From NCBI GenBank assembly GCA_964580575.1, contig CAZOLJ010000015.1, positions 1,329 through 65,328 of the forward strand: a DNA stretch of 64,000 bases, given 5' to 3'. Shown here piece by piece: positions 40,508 through 51,002 of this stretch. Each line of letters starts with the position of its first letter. Position 1 is the stretch's first letter. A model generated the notes under the pieces. The model worked only from the letters and a program-made list of their open reading frames with translations. It had not been told where the DNA came from and did not search any database. The position numbers and the translations under genes are program-made. The stretch comes from an uncultured Desulfobacteraceae bacterium. Lineage in GTDB: Bacteria > Desulfobacterota > DSM-4660 > Desulfatiglandales > HGW-15.

Positions 40508-40557
40508 CCCCCTTTCCCCTCTCCCCCACGTCGCGGGAGAGGGGATGGGTGAGGGGG
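40508..40557. repeat. C-rich/G-rich REP-like palindrome
   Basis: cccctctccc-ccacgtcgc-gggagagggg, directly after a stop codon. Confidence 0.6.
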
Positions 40558-40604
40558 CTGAATGGCAACGGATCAAACGCTTTCGTATTCGGCGGGGGAA
40601 AGCC

Positions 40605-41138
40605 ATGACTCTTGAAGTGGATCGGAAAGCCTTTCGAGATCTCAGCTACGGTCTTTACATTGTTACATCCTTCAAAGGGGAAAGGCTCAACGGGCAGATC
40701 GTGAACACGGTGATCCAGGTAACCTCTGAGCCGCCCCGGGTCGCCGTGATCATCAACAAGAAGAACCTGACCCATGAGTTCATTGTGAAAAGCCAGGTTT
40801 TTGCCGTGTCCGTGCTTGAAGAATCGGCGCCCATGGCTTTCTTCGGGCCTTTCGGTTTCAGGTCAGGCCGTGACCTGGACAAACTCGCCAAGGTGAGCTT
40901 CAAGAAGGGAAGCACGGGTTGTCCGCTCATTACCGAGCACTCTCTTTCCGTCATGGAGGCGGAGGTGATCGATCGGATCGACCTTGGCTCGCACAGCATC
41001 TTTGTCGCCGACGTGATCAGCTCGGAAGTGCTGAAACCCGGTCGGCCCATGACTTACCACTACTACCACGAGCAACTCAAGGGCAAGTCGCCTAAGAATG
41101 CTCCGACCTTTGAGCCTCCTGCGGGCAAAGGTCAGTGA
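40605..41138 (+). CDS. Flavin reductase-like (flavoredoxin-type) protein
   Basis: LSYGLYIVTS, NGQIVNTVIQVTSEPP, FGFRSGRD.DK and GSHSIFVADV. Confidence 0.88.
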   Translation: MTLEVDRKAFRDLSYGLYIVTSFKGERLNGQIVNTVIQVTSEPPRVAVIINKKNLTHEFIVKSQVFAVSVLEESAPMAFFGPFGFRSGRDLDKLAKVSFKKGSTGCPLITEHSLSVMEAEVIDRIDLGSHSIFVADVISSEVLKPGRPMTYHYYHEQLKGKSPKNAPTFEPPAGKGQ

Positions 41139-41198
41139 AACCTGAATCCACCGTCTAATTCCTGAAACCTGAGCCAAGAGCACGTTACCAGGAATTCT

Positions 41199-41321
41199 TG
41201 ATCACCAGCAAGGCGTCAGATGCAAGGCGCCGAGGAGCGATGACTGAGGCGTATGGAGCAATACGCCGCAAGAAGGAGCGAGCGAAGGCAACGCCGCAGA
41301 GGATGCCTTGATGGTGAATCA
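41199..41321. mobile_element. MITE-like element with imperfect terminal inverted repeats
   Basis: tgatcaccagcaaggcgtc ... gatgccttgatggtgaatca, with an internal aggcgtat-ggagca-atacgcc hairpin. Confidence 0.5.
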
Positions 41322-41672
41322 GGGTGAAACCTCTTGACTTCACGAGTTAGCATCTGCTAAAAATCGCCATGCTTCAAAAAGCAAGGAAGCTTTTTGAACA
41401 ACATCTCCCTTACACAGTTCTTCTCTAAACGAAAAAGCGTGTGATTTAGGCGGAATGGTCGGGCCTCTCCCAGGGGCAAAACCGTGCTCCTTACGTGCAG
41501 CTCCGGCCATGTGTCCTTTTTTAACCTTTCTGCTAGGGAAGGAAAAATGGCAGACTTCGCCGTCCTATCCTTGTGTGTCAGGATCTGGGACTCCCAGGTC
41601 TCGAAGCACATCGTTTCATCGTCAATGGTCGGGCCTTTCAAAACCAAACAAAACAGAAGAGGAGGTCGCATC

Positions 41673-42965
41673 ATGAAAAGAACTATTCGAGTGGTGGCTT
41701 TGGTGTTTCTGTTTGCCGGGTGTCTTTTGTTCATGCAGCCCCAGGATGGGTTCTGTGCCGATCCCATCATCGTGGGGGTGCCGACCTCCTTGTACACCCC
41801 TTTTGGCAGCTATGGCCTCAAAGCGGTGAACCTCGCTGTGGAGGAAATCAACGCAAAGGGAGGAGTCAATGTGGGAGGCCAGAAAAGACCCATGAAGGTC
41901 GTAGTTTCGGATACCCGCGGCGGTGAGCCGGGCGTCCCGGTTCACGATGCGCTCATGGCCTACGAGAAATTGCTCACCGAGCAAAAGCCCCATGCCATTG
42001 TGATCGGTGCCTTTCGCTCCGAAGTGTTAATCGCCGCTATGGACCTGGTTGCCAAGTACAAAGTTCCGCAGCTCGGAACCATCGCCCAGACCCCCGTTTT
42101 CCAGGCGCAGTTCAGGAAGGACCCGGTGAAATATAAATACCTTTTTAGGGCAACGACGGATGCGCTGATCGACGCTGGGTACATTGCCCACACCCTTGAC
42201 ATGCTTAAAAAGGACTTCGGCCTGGATAAAATTCTTCACATTTACCAGGACACGGCGTGGGCCAAGGGATTTGCAGGAATGTTGCAGAAGCACTGCAAAG
42301 AGACAGGCTGGACCGAGGTCGGGTACGAAGCGTATGCAGACGGAGCCTCGGATTTCTCCCCTGCATTGAGCAAGGCGAAGGAGGGCAAAGCCCAGGTGAT
42401 CGGGATGGTGTGGGATGTTCCCCTGGGCGCAGGGGTTTTTGCCAAACAATATGTGGCCATGAAAGTGCCCTCCCTTCTCGTGGGCTTCATCCCGCCCATG
42501 GGCTCGCCCATGGCGCCTAAAGCTGTAGGACCTGATGTAGAGTACAGCATGACTGTGGAATTCCCGGTCGGGGCTAGCCTTGCTCTCGCCAAACTCCCGA
42601 AGACAGGCGAATTCCTGGACAAGTTCAAAAAGAAATATGGGGAACTGCCCGAACCTCCTGCGGTGAATTCCTCCGCCTATGACTCCGTCTTTGTTCTGGC
42701 TTCCGCCATCGAGCGGGCCGGAAGCCTGGATCCCGACAAGCTTGTAGAAGCCCTGGAGAAGACCGATTATGCGGGCGTCTCGGGAAGAATCAAGTTCAAC
42801 CAGGACCACATCATGGTCTTTGGCGAAAAGAGTGCCGATGAGACCGGCGTGTGTGTGGTTTTCCAGTGGCAAAAGGGCAAGGATGGGGTCTTGAAGAGGG
42901 TTCCCGTGTACCCCGAATTTCTTGCTGAAGGAAAGATCATGTTGCCTCCCTGGATGAAAAAGTAA
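41673..42965 (+). CDS. Branched-chain amino acid-type ABC substrate-binding protein
   Basis: Signal peptide; AVNLAVEEINAKGGV, DFSPALSKAK and LVEALEKTDY.GVSGRIKF; GGAGG RBS. Confidence 0.9.
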   Translation: MKRTIRVVALVFLFAGCLLFMQPQDGFCADPIIVGVPTSLYTPFGSYGLKAVNLAVEEINAKGGVNVGGQKRPMKVVVSDTRGGEPGVPVHDALMAYEKLLTEQKPHAIVIGAFRSEVLIAAMDLVAKYKVPQLGTIAQTPVFQAQFRKDPVKYKYLFRATTDALIDAGYIAHTLDMLKKDFGLDKILHIYQDTAWAKGFAGMLQKHCKETGWTEVGYEAYADGASDFSPALSKAKEGKAQVIGMVWDVPLGAGVFAKQYVAMKVPSLLVGFIPPMGSPMAPKAVGPDVEYSMTVEFPVGASLALAKLPKTGEFLDKFKKKYGELPEPPAVNSSAYDSVFVLASAIERAGSLDPDKLVEALEKTDYAGVSGRIKFNQDHIMVFGEKSADETGVCVVFQWQKGKDGVLKRVPVYPEFLAEGKIMLPPWMKK

Positions 42966-43075
42966 AGGACGGTACACGGTACAGGGTGCACGGTCTGCGG
43001 CAAATACGGGTGTTGGGGTGAATGGTTTTGACCGTGCGCCGTGGGCCCTGTGCCCTGCGCCTTCTTCAGTGCACC
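42966..43075. repeat. Heptamer-periodic inverted repeat between SBP and permease genes
   Basis: acggtac/acggtac/agggtgc/acggtct units answered by ccgtgcg/ccgtggg/ccctgtg/ccctgcg. Confidence 0.55.
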
Positions 43076-43097
43076 TTGAACCACTTGGATTCGGTTT

Positions 43098-43964
43098 ATG
43101 AGCCTTTTGATTTACGGCCTGATCAACAGCGTGATTCTCGCCCTGTATACTGTAGGGTTCAGCCTCTGTTACGGGATCAGCGGAATAGCGAACTTTTCCC
43201 ACGGAGCTCTCTACATTCTGAGCGGATTCACCGCGTGGAACCTGCTTAACCTGGCAGGACTGCCCTTTTACCTGTCCGCAACTTGTGCGGTTCTGATCAC
43301 GGCGCTGCTGGGATTCCTTTTTTACTGGGTGCTCCTCCTGCGCATCCGCGGGATACCTCTGGCGGAACTGATCGTCACGTTTGCAGCGGGAGTGGCTATT
43401 TTGGAACTCCTCATGTGGAAAGGCTTCTACGGGATGCGTTACAGCCTCCCCATTTTTCTGCGAGGCGGGTTGGATATCGGGGAGGTGTCGATTGACTATC
43501 AGCGCCTTTTCGTGCTTATCACCGGCGTCGCCTTGGTGGTCCTGCTTTGGCTCTTTGTGCACCATACCCGGATCGGTCTCGCCTTCAGAGCCATGGCGCA
43601 GAACGAACGCACCGCTTTGTCCGTGGGAATAGAGTCGGATTGGATCGGCTCCTTGAGCATGGCCTTGGGCGGAGCCCTGGCTGCGTTAGCCGCCATGGTC
43701 GTCTTGCCTTTGGGCATGATGGAATCCTCCATCGGGCTGGAAGTGCTGATCTACGCTCTTGCCGTGGCCATCGTCGGCGGTTTGGAAAGCACCCTGGGCA
43801 TGGTGGTGGGGAGTTTCATCATCGGTTTCGGACAGATCGCTGCAGCCAGGTACATCGGGGCCAAGTGGATGATCATTGCACCCCTGGCGGCGATCGTCCT
43901 GGTGCTGGTGATCAAGCCTTCAGGGCTTTTCGGGAAATACAAGGAACTGGAAGAAAGGGTCTAG
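43098..43964 (+). CDS. livH: Branched-chain amino acid ABC permease
   Basis: GFSLCYGISGIANFSHG, TRIGLAFRAMAQN and AIVGGLES. Confidence 0.9.
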   Translation: MSLLIYGLINSVILALYTVGFSLCYGISGIANFSHGALYILSGFTAWNLLNLAGLPFYLSATCAVLITALLGFLFYWVLLLRIRGIPLAELIVTFAAGVAILELLMWKGFYGMRYSLPIFLRGGLDIGEVSIDYQRLFVLITGVALVVLLWLFVHHTRIGLAFRAMAQNERTALSVGIESDWIGSLSMALGGALAALAAMVVLPLGMMESSIGLEVLIYALAVAIVGGLESTLGMVVGSFIIGFGQIAAARYIGAKWMIIAPLAAIVLVLVIKPSGLFGKYKELEERV

Positions 43965-43965
43965 C

Positions 43966-44982
43966 TTGGCAGAGACAACGGTTCAACATCGCAGGAAAAG
44001 GCTGGACAGAGGGATCAAAGCCAGAACCGACACGATCTTTGTCATCGCTTCCATGAGAGATACGCTTTATCTCCTCCTCCCCAGGGTCTTGCCGGTCGTC
44101 GCGCTGCTCATCTTCCCGCTCTTTTTCACAGGATACTGGGGCAAGGTCCTGGTCTTTGCATGCATGTACGGTCTCCTCGCCTTGAGCTGGGATTTCATGG
44201 CGTCCTGCGGTCTTTTTTCCCTGGGTCAGGCCCTTTTCTTCGGTATGGGGGCGTACATTGCCGGAACGTTGAACCACTATTTTCACATCCCTCCGATCAT
44301 CACCGTGCCGGTTGCGACCCTGGGCAGCGGTCTCTTGTGCGCGCTTCTCCTTGGCCCTGTGGTGAGGCTGAAGGGAGTCTACTTTGCCATGATCACCCTC
44401 ATGCTCCCTCTCCTCTTGAAAAAAATGATCGACACAACGGGCATCTTCGGCGGCACCCACGGCCTTTCCGCCCTGTCCCCCTTCCCGAGTGAACTCCTGG
44501 CAACCTATCTCGCTGTGGTGGGTTTTCTCGCGTGTCTTTTCCTTTTCAGGCGGGTGATCAATTCCGACTACGGCCTGGTCTTGAGGGCGATCCGGGACGA
44601 CGATCGGGCCGTGATGAGCGGGGCGATCAACATCTACTGGCGGAAGATCCAGGCGGTCTTCATCTCCGGGGCGGTGGGCGGTTTTGCCGGGGCCCTGATG
44701 ACCCACCATTACCAGTTCCTCGGGATGTCGGCTTTTGCCCTGGACTATTCCATTCTGCCCGTGGCTGCCGTGGCGCTTGGCGGCCAGGGAACGTTTGCAG
44801 GAGCCGCCATCGGGAGCCTGATCCTTGTGCCCCTGTCCGAGTCCCTCCGGGCTCTGGGCGGGCTGAGGATGGCCATCTACTGCGGGATCCTGATTGTGAG
44901 CATCATCGGTCTTCCGGAGGGGATCTTCCATTACATGGCGAGAAAGTATCATCAGTTCGAGAAGACGGTCGAGGTGAAGTGA
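43966..44982 (+). CDS. livM: Branched-chain amino acid ABC permease
   Basis: GLFSLGQALFFGMGAY, RLKGVYFAMITL and YGLVLRAIRDD; TTG start. Confidence 0.9.
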   Translation: MAETTVQHRRKRLDRGIKARTDTIFVIASMRDTLYLLLPRVLPVVALLIFPLFFTGYWGKVLVFACMYGLLALSWDFMASCGLFSLGQALFFGMGAYIAGTLNHYFHIPPIITVPVATLGSGLLCALLLGPVVRLKGVYFAMITLMLPLLLKKMIDTTGIFGGTHGLSALSPFPSELLATYLAVVGFLACLFLFRRVINSDYGLVLRAIRDDDRAVMSGAINIYWRKIQAVFISGAVGGFAGALMTHHYQFLGMSAFALDYSILPVAAVALGGQGTFAGAAIGSLILVPLSESLRALGGLRMAIYCGILIVSIIGLPEGIFHYMARKYHQFEKTVEVK

Positions 44983-44984
44983 GC

Positions 44985-45746
44985 ATGGAACCAGAGCCCC
45001 TTCTGAAGGTGAATGGTCTTAAGAAAAGCTTCGGAGGTGTTCTCGCCGCCTATGACCTGAGCTTCGATCTGAAACGGGGGGAGTTTGTGGGAGTCATCGG
45101 GCCCAACGGTTCAGGAAAGACAACCCTGGTCAACCTGATCACGGGATTCGTGAAACCCGATTCAGGGGAGGTTCTGTTCAAAGGGAAGAATATCACCGGC
45201 AAGATGCCTTACACCATTGCCGGGCTGGGAATCTCCCGCACCTTCCAGATGGTGAGGCTCTTCTACAATCTCCCGGCCTACAAAAACCTCATCATTCCCC
45301 TTTGCTCGTCCAGATCCAAGAAACTCTGGGGGGGCAAATACGGCGAACGGGACGACGTGGCCATTGACCTGCTGGACGACATGGGATTTGAAAGAGACTC
45401 CCAGGTCCCTTACAAGACTGCAGGCAGTCTTCCTCACGGATACTTGAAGCGGCTGGATCTGGCGCGGGCGCTTGCCTTGCGGCCGGAGGTGCTCATTCTG
45501 GATGAGCTTTTCTCCGGCATGTCCATGTCGGAAGTGGCGAGCACCTTGCCTCTCATAGAGAAATTCAACGAAGAGGGCCTCAGCATTATCATGATCGAAC
45601 ACCGGCTCAAAGAGCTCTTTCGAGTAGTGGACCGGGTCCTCGTCCTCAACTACGGGATGAAGATTGCTGACGGCGCCCCTTCGGAGGTCATGGAGAGAGA
45701 AGAAGTCAAAAAGGCTTATCTGGGTATTCATATTGACCTTGTGTGA
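44985..45746 (+). CDS. livG: Branched-chain amino acid ABC ATPase
   Basis: GPNGSGKTT, GISRTFQ and LARALALRPEVLILDE. Confidence 0.92.
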   Translation: MEPEPLLKVNGLKKSFGGVLAAYDLSFDLKRGEFVGVIGPNGSGKTTLVNLITGFVKPDSGEVLFKGKNITGKMPYTIAGLGISRTFQMVRLFYNLPAYKNLIIPLCSSRSKKLWGGKYGERDDVAIDLLDDMGFERDSQVPYKTAGSLPHGYLKRLDLARALALRPEVLILDELFSGMSMSEVASTLPLIEKFNEEGLSIIMIEHRLKELFRVVDRVLVLNYGMKIADGAPSEVMEREEVKKAYLGIHIDLV

Positions 45747-45808
45747 CATGGCCGGGTAATGAAAAACGCCCATCTGTCGAGCTGAGGGTTGGTATAAAAG
45801 TGGCTGCA

Positions 45809-46552
45809 ATGCTCGAAGCAAAAAATCTCATGGTGTTTTTCGAAAACGCCCTTGCGTTGAACGATTTCTCGCTTGAAGTCAGGGAAGGAGAAATCGTTGC
45901 TGTTCTGGGGTCCAACAGTGCGGGCAAGACGACCCTGATGAACACGATATCCGGCCTCATCGTGGACATGGAGAAAAAAGAAAGACGAAGAGGCGGCTTG
46001 AGAATAACGGTGATAGGAGAAGTTCGCTATGAGGGAGAGGAAATCCTTCACCTGAAGCCGAGCGCGAGAGTCAGGAAGGGCATTGTGCTCAGCCAGGAGA
46101 GACATCCTATTTTTCGTGACAGCGACGTTTATGAGAATCTGAAAATTGCAGGGTATCTCCATCCTGGCAGAGAGGTCAAAGGAAGGGTCGAGACGGTTTT
46201 CGGACTTTTCCCGATTCTCAAACACCTCAAGAAACGCAAAGCCGGGTTGCTCAGCGGAGGGGAGCAGCAGATGCTGGCCATCGGGATTGCCCTTGTGGCA
46301 GGACCGAGATTGCTTCTGATGGATGAACCGCTCCTGGGGTTGAGTCCCCTGCTTCAAGCAGAACTCGCCCGAGCCGTTCGAGACATTCGAGGAAGAGGCA
46401 TCACCATCCTGTTGACCGAGCAATTCGCGAGACCGATCATGCCGATTATCGACCGGGGATACGTGATCGAGAACGGGTTGCTCGTCCTGGAAGGGACCAG
46501 AGAAGAACTGATGGACAACCCGGAAGTGCGTTCTGCGTATATGGGAGTGTAA
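45809..46552 (+). CDS. livF: Branched-chain amino acid ABC ATPase
   Basis: GSNSAGKTT, LSGGEQQMLAIG and LLMDEPLLGL. Confidence 0.92.
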   Translation: MLEAKNLMVFFENALALNDFSLEVREGEIVAVLGSNSAGKTTLMNTISGLIVDMEKKERRRGGLRITVIGEVRYEGEEILHLKPSARVRKGIVLSQERHPIFRDSDVYENLKIAGYLHPGREVKGRVETVFGLFPILKHLKKRKAGLLSGGEQQMLAIGIALVAGPRLLLMDEPLLGLSPLLQAELARAVRDIRGRGITILLTEQFARPIMPIIDRGYVIENGLLVLEGTREELMDNPEVRSAYMGV

Positions 46553-46558
46553 GCGTCA

Positions 46559-48205
46559 ATGACGGAACCACGGACAGAGACCATCTACGGCTCATTTGAG
46601 GAGACGGCACAGCGCTTTCCCGGCCGCGTGGCCATGATCTATCTGGATGAGAGGATTCGCTATCAGTCTCTGAAGGACATGGTTCTCCGCCTCTCCGCCT
46701 CCTTGCTCCGGCTGGGCATCCGGGAAGGGGACCGGGTGGTGCTCTACCTTTTCAACATGCCTCAGACCATCATCGCCTGGCTGGCCCTTGATCGACTGGG
46801 CGCGATCGTGGTGCCTGTCGCCCCGGTTTACTCTTCGCAGGATCTGCGCTATCTCGTCAATGATGCCGGTGCGGAAACCATCTTTTGTATGGACAGCAAT
46901 TTCAACTATGTGAACGAGATTCTCGGTAAAACTCCTCTTCAAAGAGTGATCGTCACCAATATGCTGGACCTGGTGAGCGGGTGGAAGCGCCTTGTGGCCA
47001 GAGGGTTTGACCGGGTGTCCTGGGGAAGTCTCCCTGCGGGGAAACACATTTCCCATTTCAAGGCACTGCTGAACAAGGGCCGGCCCTCCGAGCTTCCTCC
47101 CTTTCAAGGAAAGGGCGGCGAGAGGACGGCGTTGGTGCTTTACACAGGAGGAACAACGGGTTTTCCCAAGGGCGTCCCTCTGTCCGAAGGGCTTTTCCTT
47201 TACCGCGTGCGCGAGTGGAGGAGGGCCAGTGAGGCCGCCGTCCCCAAAGGAGAGTGCGTCGCGGCGCTTGCCGCCCCGTTGTACCACATCATTGGAGAGA
47301 TGGACGCCATGGCTCCCCTGATCATCGGGGGAGAGACACTTCTCATGTTCCCGAGAGTGGTGCTGGATGCTCTGATGGACCACATCCAGCGCTACAGGGT
47401 GACCACTATGTTCGCTGTCCCCGCACTCTACAGGATGATCCTCGAGCATGATCGCGTGGACTTCTATGACCTGTCTTCCCTCCGGTATTGTGGGACAGGG
47501 GGTGACGTGCTGCCGCCGGAGGTCGGCATTCGATGGCTCAATAAATTCAAAACGCCTCTTTACCAGGGATACGGAACCACCGAGTTCTGCGGCGCCATCT
47601 GCATGTCTTATGCTGAGGAGGGGATTCCGCCTGTAGGCTCGGCAGGCAGGATGCTCCCGGAAAGCCGGTGGAAACTCGTGGACCCGGATTCCCTCGAACC
47701 CATGCCCCCGGGAGAGCCGGGTGAACTCCTGGGCACCTCCCCGCACGCGGTAAAGGGATATTGGAACAAGCCCCAGGAGACTAAGGAGTGCTTCATCGAA
47801 ATCGACGGAGAGATCTGGTACAGAACCAAGGACATCGTCCGAATCGACGAGAAGAACCGGTTGTTCTACCTGGATCGATCGGTCGATATGATCAAGCACA
47901 AGGGTTACCGAATCGCCGCTGCGGAAATCGAAAGGGTGCTTCAGGAACACCACGCGGTTCTGTCTGCTTGTGCGGTCGGTGTTCCTGATGAAAAGATGGG
48001 AGAACGAATTAAGGCCTTTGTCGTCCTCAAGACCGATTCAAGGGGCGTGAGCGGCTATGAACTCACGAAATGGTGCCGAGAGAGACTGGCCCCCTACAAG
48101 GTCCCCCACTACATCGAGTTCAGAGACATGCTCCCCAAATCCAAAGTGGGAAAGATGTTGAGACGTGAGATAAGAGATGAGGAGAGGAGGAAGCAGACGG
48201 CCTGA
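46559..48205 (+). CDS. AMP-binding acyl-CoA synthetase (long-chain/aromatic acid--CoA ligase family)
   Basis: YTGGTTGFPKG, QGYGTTE, WYRTKD, DRSVDMIKHKG and PKSKVGK. Confidence 0.93.
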   Translation: MTEPRTETIYGSFEETAQRFPGRVAMIYLDERIRYQSLKDMVLRLSASLLRLGIREGDRVVLYLFNMPQTIIAWLALDRLGAIVVPVAPVYSSQDLRYLVNDAGAETIFCMDSNFNYVNEILGKTPLQRVIVTNMLDLVSGWKRLVARGFDRVSWGSLPAGKHISHFKALLNKGRPSELPPFQGKGGERTALVLYTGGTTGFPKGVPLSEGLFLYRVREWRRASEAAVPKGECVAALAAPLYHIIGEMDAMAPLIIGGETLLMFPRVVLDALMDHIQRYRVTTMFAVPALYRMILEHDRVDFYDLSSLRYCGTGGDVLPPEVGIRWLNKFKTPLYQGYGTTEFCGAICMSYAEEGIPPVGSAGRMLPESRWKLVDPDSLEPMPPGEPGELLGTSPHAVKGYWNKPQETKECFIEIDGEIWYRTKDIVRIDEKNRLFYLDRSVDMIKHKGYRIAAAEIERVLQEHHAVLSACAVGVPDEKMGERIKAFVVLKTDSRGVSGYELTKWCRERLAPYKVPHYIEFRDMLPKSKVGKMLRREIRDEERRKQTA

Positions 48206-48598
48206 TGGCCCCTGCCGATGTCTAAATAAGTCCAATCCTGTATTCTTCCTCTCACAGCTTCTGAACGAGAATCAAAAGTAATTTTCCTATCTCTGCCGGG
48301 AAATCCAAAGCATTCAGAGCAGTTTCAAGTGTCGGCTCCAACTTAGAGTCTGCGGCATGCCTCTTGCTTTTCCAATGCGCTTTCTTCGCCCCATCTTTGG
48401 TCCATGCCGCCAATGAGCTCCGACGTTCCTGACGGTTCATTCCTTGACTTCCCAGACGCTTATCTGCTAACAAAAAGAAATCTGTTTCGTAGCGGGACTA
48501 TTGCGAATATCTGGTCTTTGTCTCCCCTTTGAAAAAGGGGGGAGGGGATTCGGAAAAGCCGGATCATGATCATCATAAGCAAAGGAGGGAAACAAATC

Positions 48599-48886
48599 AT
48601 GGAAGACGGAGAAAGGAAACTCTCGGAACAGGAATTCGTCATCAGGGCGATCAGGAAACTTCGTAAACCTCCTTACAAAGGCATCCACTCCGTTTACAGT
48701 GGATTCAACAAGGCTTTCAAGGATTACTTCAATGCCAATCCTGTGGAGGCGACCACAAGGCTGGCCCAGGAGGGCAAAATTGTGACCCGGCCCGTGAAGG
48801 GGGGCGTGATGCTGTACGTGCCCGAAGAAGCCCCGGCATCCCGGGGAACGGAAGATGTGCTGGGCAAGATTCTCGGAGACGATTAG
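48599..48886 (+). CDS. Conserved-looking small hypothetical protein
   Basis: GGAGG RBS; EFVIRAIRKLRKPPYKGIHSVYSGFNKAFKDYF. Confidence 0.65.
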   Translation: MEDGERKLSEQEFVIRAIRKLRKPPYKGIHSVYSGFNKAFKDYFNANPVEATTRLAQEGKIVTRPVKGGVMLYVPEEAPASRGTEDVLGKILGDD

Positions 48887-48946
48887 ACCAAGCGGATTTT
48901 GACCGGACCAATGGACGGGCCTCGGGTGGGGGAAGGGTGAAGATCT

Positions 48947-50383
48947 ATGGAGCATTTTGCCCTGTGCGCAGCCGCCGGTCTGGTGGTGGGCGGGATCATT
49001 GCATGGCTCCTTGCGAAAGAACGAACCCGAAAGGAGCTTGCCGGTGCCCTTGAAGCAACCTTCTCTCGCGCGGGCGCGGCGGAAGGCAAAGCCTCTGCTC
49101 TGGATGCGACTCTCGCTGAACTTCGAAAACAGATGGAAGAGCAACACTCCAGGGCAGAAGAGGATCTCCGGTCCCTGAGAGAACGCTTTGCCGGGGAACA
49201 TGAAGCGCGGGTCAAGGCCGAAACGGAGCGCAAGGAGGTCCTCGATCGTCTGGAAGAAGAGAAACAACTCCTTGCCCAAGCCCGGGAGAAGCTGACGGAC
49301 GCTTTTAAGGCCTTGGCTGGAGACGCCCTCAGCAGCAGCAACGAGCAGTTTCTGAATCTCGCAAGGGGGGCTTTTGAAAAGATCCTCGCGGAAGCCAAGG
49401 GCGATCTTGGCAAGAAGCAGGAAGCCATCAACGGCCTGGTGAGACCCCTCTCCGAATCGCTCAAGCAGTTTGAAGAACACGTCCGGCAGCTCGAAAAGAG
49501 CCGCCAGGCGGCCTACACGAGTGTCGAGGAGCAGCTCAAAACACTTTTCTCGACCCAGCAGCAGCTTCAAAAAGAAACGAGAAACCTGGTCACGGCCTTG
49601 CGGACCCCGCACATCAGAGGCCGATGGGGTGAGATCACTCTTCGCAAAGTCGTCGAGCTGGCAGGGATGTCGGAGCATTGTGACTTCACCGAACAGGTAT
49701 CGGCGACCTCTGAAGAGGGTCGCATCCAACCGGACCTGATCGTCCATCTCCCTTCGGAGCGGGAGATCGTGGTGGACGCGAAAGTGGCTCTGGACGCGTA
49801 TCTCAATGCGCTCTCCGCGGAGAATGAAGAACAGCGCACTGCCTATCTCGAAAACCATGCGAGACAGATAAGGAGTCACATGAGTCGCCTCGGAGGCAAG
49901 GCGTACTGGCAGCAGTTCAAGAGGGCGCCTGAGTTTGTGGTCATGTTCATCCCCGGAGAGTCTTTTCTTGCCGTGGCTGCACAGGTTGACCAGACGCTCA
50001 TTGAAGACGGCATGAAGGTCGGCGTCATTATTGCGACCCCGACGACTCTCATCAGCCTGCTCAAAGCCGTGGCTTACGGGTGGCGCCAGGAGCAGATCGC
50101 CAAGAGCGCTCAATTGATCAGCGATCTCGGCAAGCAGTTGCACGAAAGAATGCGCGTGATGGCAGAACACATCGCAGGCATTGGAAGAGGCCTTGAAAAG
50201 GCCAGTGAGGCCTACAACAGTGCGGTGGGGTCTCTGGAGTCAAGGGTGCTGCCTGCGGCGCGGAAGTTCAAAGACCTGGGCGCGGTGTCGGGTGCTGAAA
50301 TCCCTGTTCTCAGCCCCGTTGAGAGCACCCCGCGCAGCCTGCAGCCTCCTGAACCGAACGAAATCGGTGACAAGGACGAATGA
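48947..50383 (+). CDS. rmuC: DNA recombination protein RmuC
   Basis: [33 protein letters not shown] and [20 protein letters not shown]. Confidence 0.93.
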   Translation: MEHFALCAAAGLVVGGIIAWLLAKERTRKELAGALEATFSRAGAAEGKASALDATLAELRKQMEEQHSRAEEDLRSLRERFAGEHEARVKAETERKEVLDRLEEEKQLLAQAREKLTDAFKALAGDALSSSNEQFLNLARGAFEKILAEAKGDLGKKQEAINGLVRPLSESLKQFEEHVRQLEKSRQAAYTSVEEQLKTLFSTQQQLQKETRNLVTALRTPHIRGRWGEITLRKVVELAGMSEHCDFTEQVSATSEEGRIQPDLIVHLPSEREIVVDAKVALDAYLNALSAENEEQRTAYLENHARQIRSHMSRLGGKAYWQQFKRAPEFVVMFIPGESFLAVAAQVDQTLIEDGMKVGVIIATPTTLISLLKAVAYGWRQEQIAKSAQLISDLGKQLHERMRVMAEHIAGIGRGLEKASEAYNSAVGSLESRVLPAARKFKDLGAVSGAEIPVLSPVESTPRSLQPPEPNEIGDKDE

Positions 50384-50394
50384 AAAACGGTATT

Positions 50395-50595
50395 CACCAT
50401 GGAGGCACAGAGCACACAGAGAAAAGCGTTTTCATTTGCCGGGAGATACCGGCGAATGAAAAGGTTTTGTGCTGATACCAATGTTCACAGGCTGGTGGGG
50501 ATAACGTGTCACGCATTTACCAGAGGGTCTATTTTCGCCTGTCGGTATCTCCCGATAGGCGAAAAAAAAGAGGTCCTCCTCTGTGCCCTCCGGTG
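50395..50595. repeat. Intergenic element with inverted termini and two internal inverted hairpins
   Basis: caccatggaggcacagag ... ctctgtgccctccggtg; internal gggagatacc / ggtatctccc. Confidence 0.6.
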
Positions 50596-50616
50596 ATAAT
50601 GTTTTTTGGGGCAGGC

Positions 50617-50994
50617 ATGAAAGAAGAAATCAAGAAAAGGATTCTGGACGCTCTCGGCAAGATCCCGGAGGGATACCTCAGTGATCTGGTGATCAAAGAA
50701 ACGATCCGGTGTGTTCTCTTCGGCTGGCTCAAGGAGCAAGGCCTGATCCCGGTGCCTGCTTTTCGCAATCCCCGCTATCCCGAAGGGCCTGCGGACATCG
50801 TGGGAACCAAGCCGGGGCCGGTGATCGAAATCGCTTTTCGATCCAATCCCGCGATCGAGCTGGAAGACGTCAAGAGCCTGGACAGGGTGCCTGCCGAGAA
50901 GAAGTTCGTGATCACTTTCTCCAAGCTCCAGAAAAAAGTCGAGATGAGCACCTTTTATCTGAAGCCGGGGGTTGAACACATTCATCTGTATTGA
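50617..50994 (+). CDS. Hypothetical protein, possible PD-(D/E)xK-like fold
   Basis: 125 aa; the pattern P.AD.VG...IEIAF recalls the restriction-endonuclease-like fold (weak). Confidence 0.55.
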   Translation: MKEEIKKRILDALGKIPEGYLSDLVIKETIRCVLFGWLKEQGLIPVPAFRNPRYPEGPADIVGTKPGPVIEIAFRSNPAIELEDVKSLDRVPAEKKFVITFSKLQKKVEMSTFYLKPGVEHIHLY

Positions 50995-51002
50995 ACAGAG
51001 TG

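Noticed and set aside
48252-48473. 73-aa minus-strand ORF in an AT-richer gap
   Set aside because: TTG start with no clear RBS and no recognisable motif; I cannot support it as a gene.
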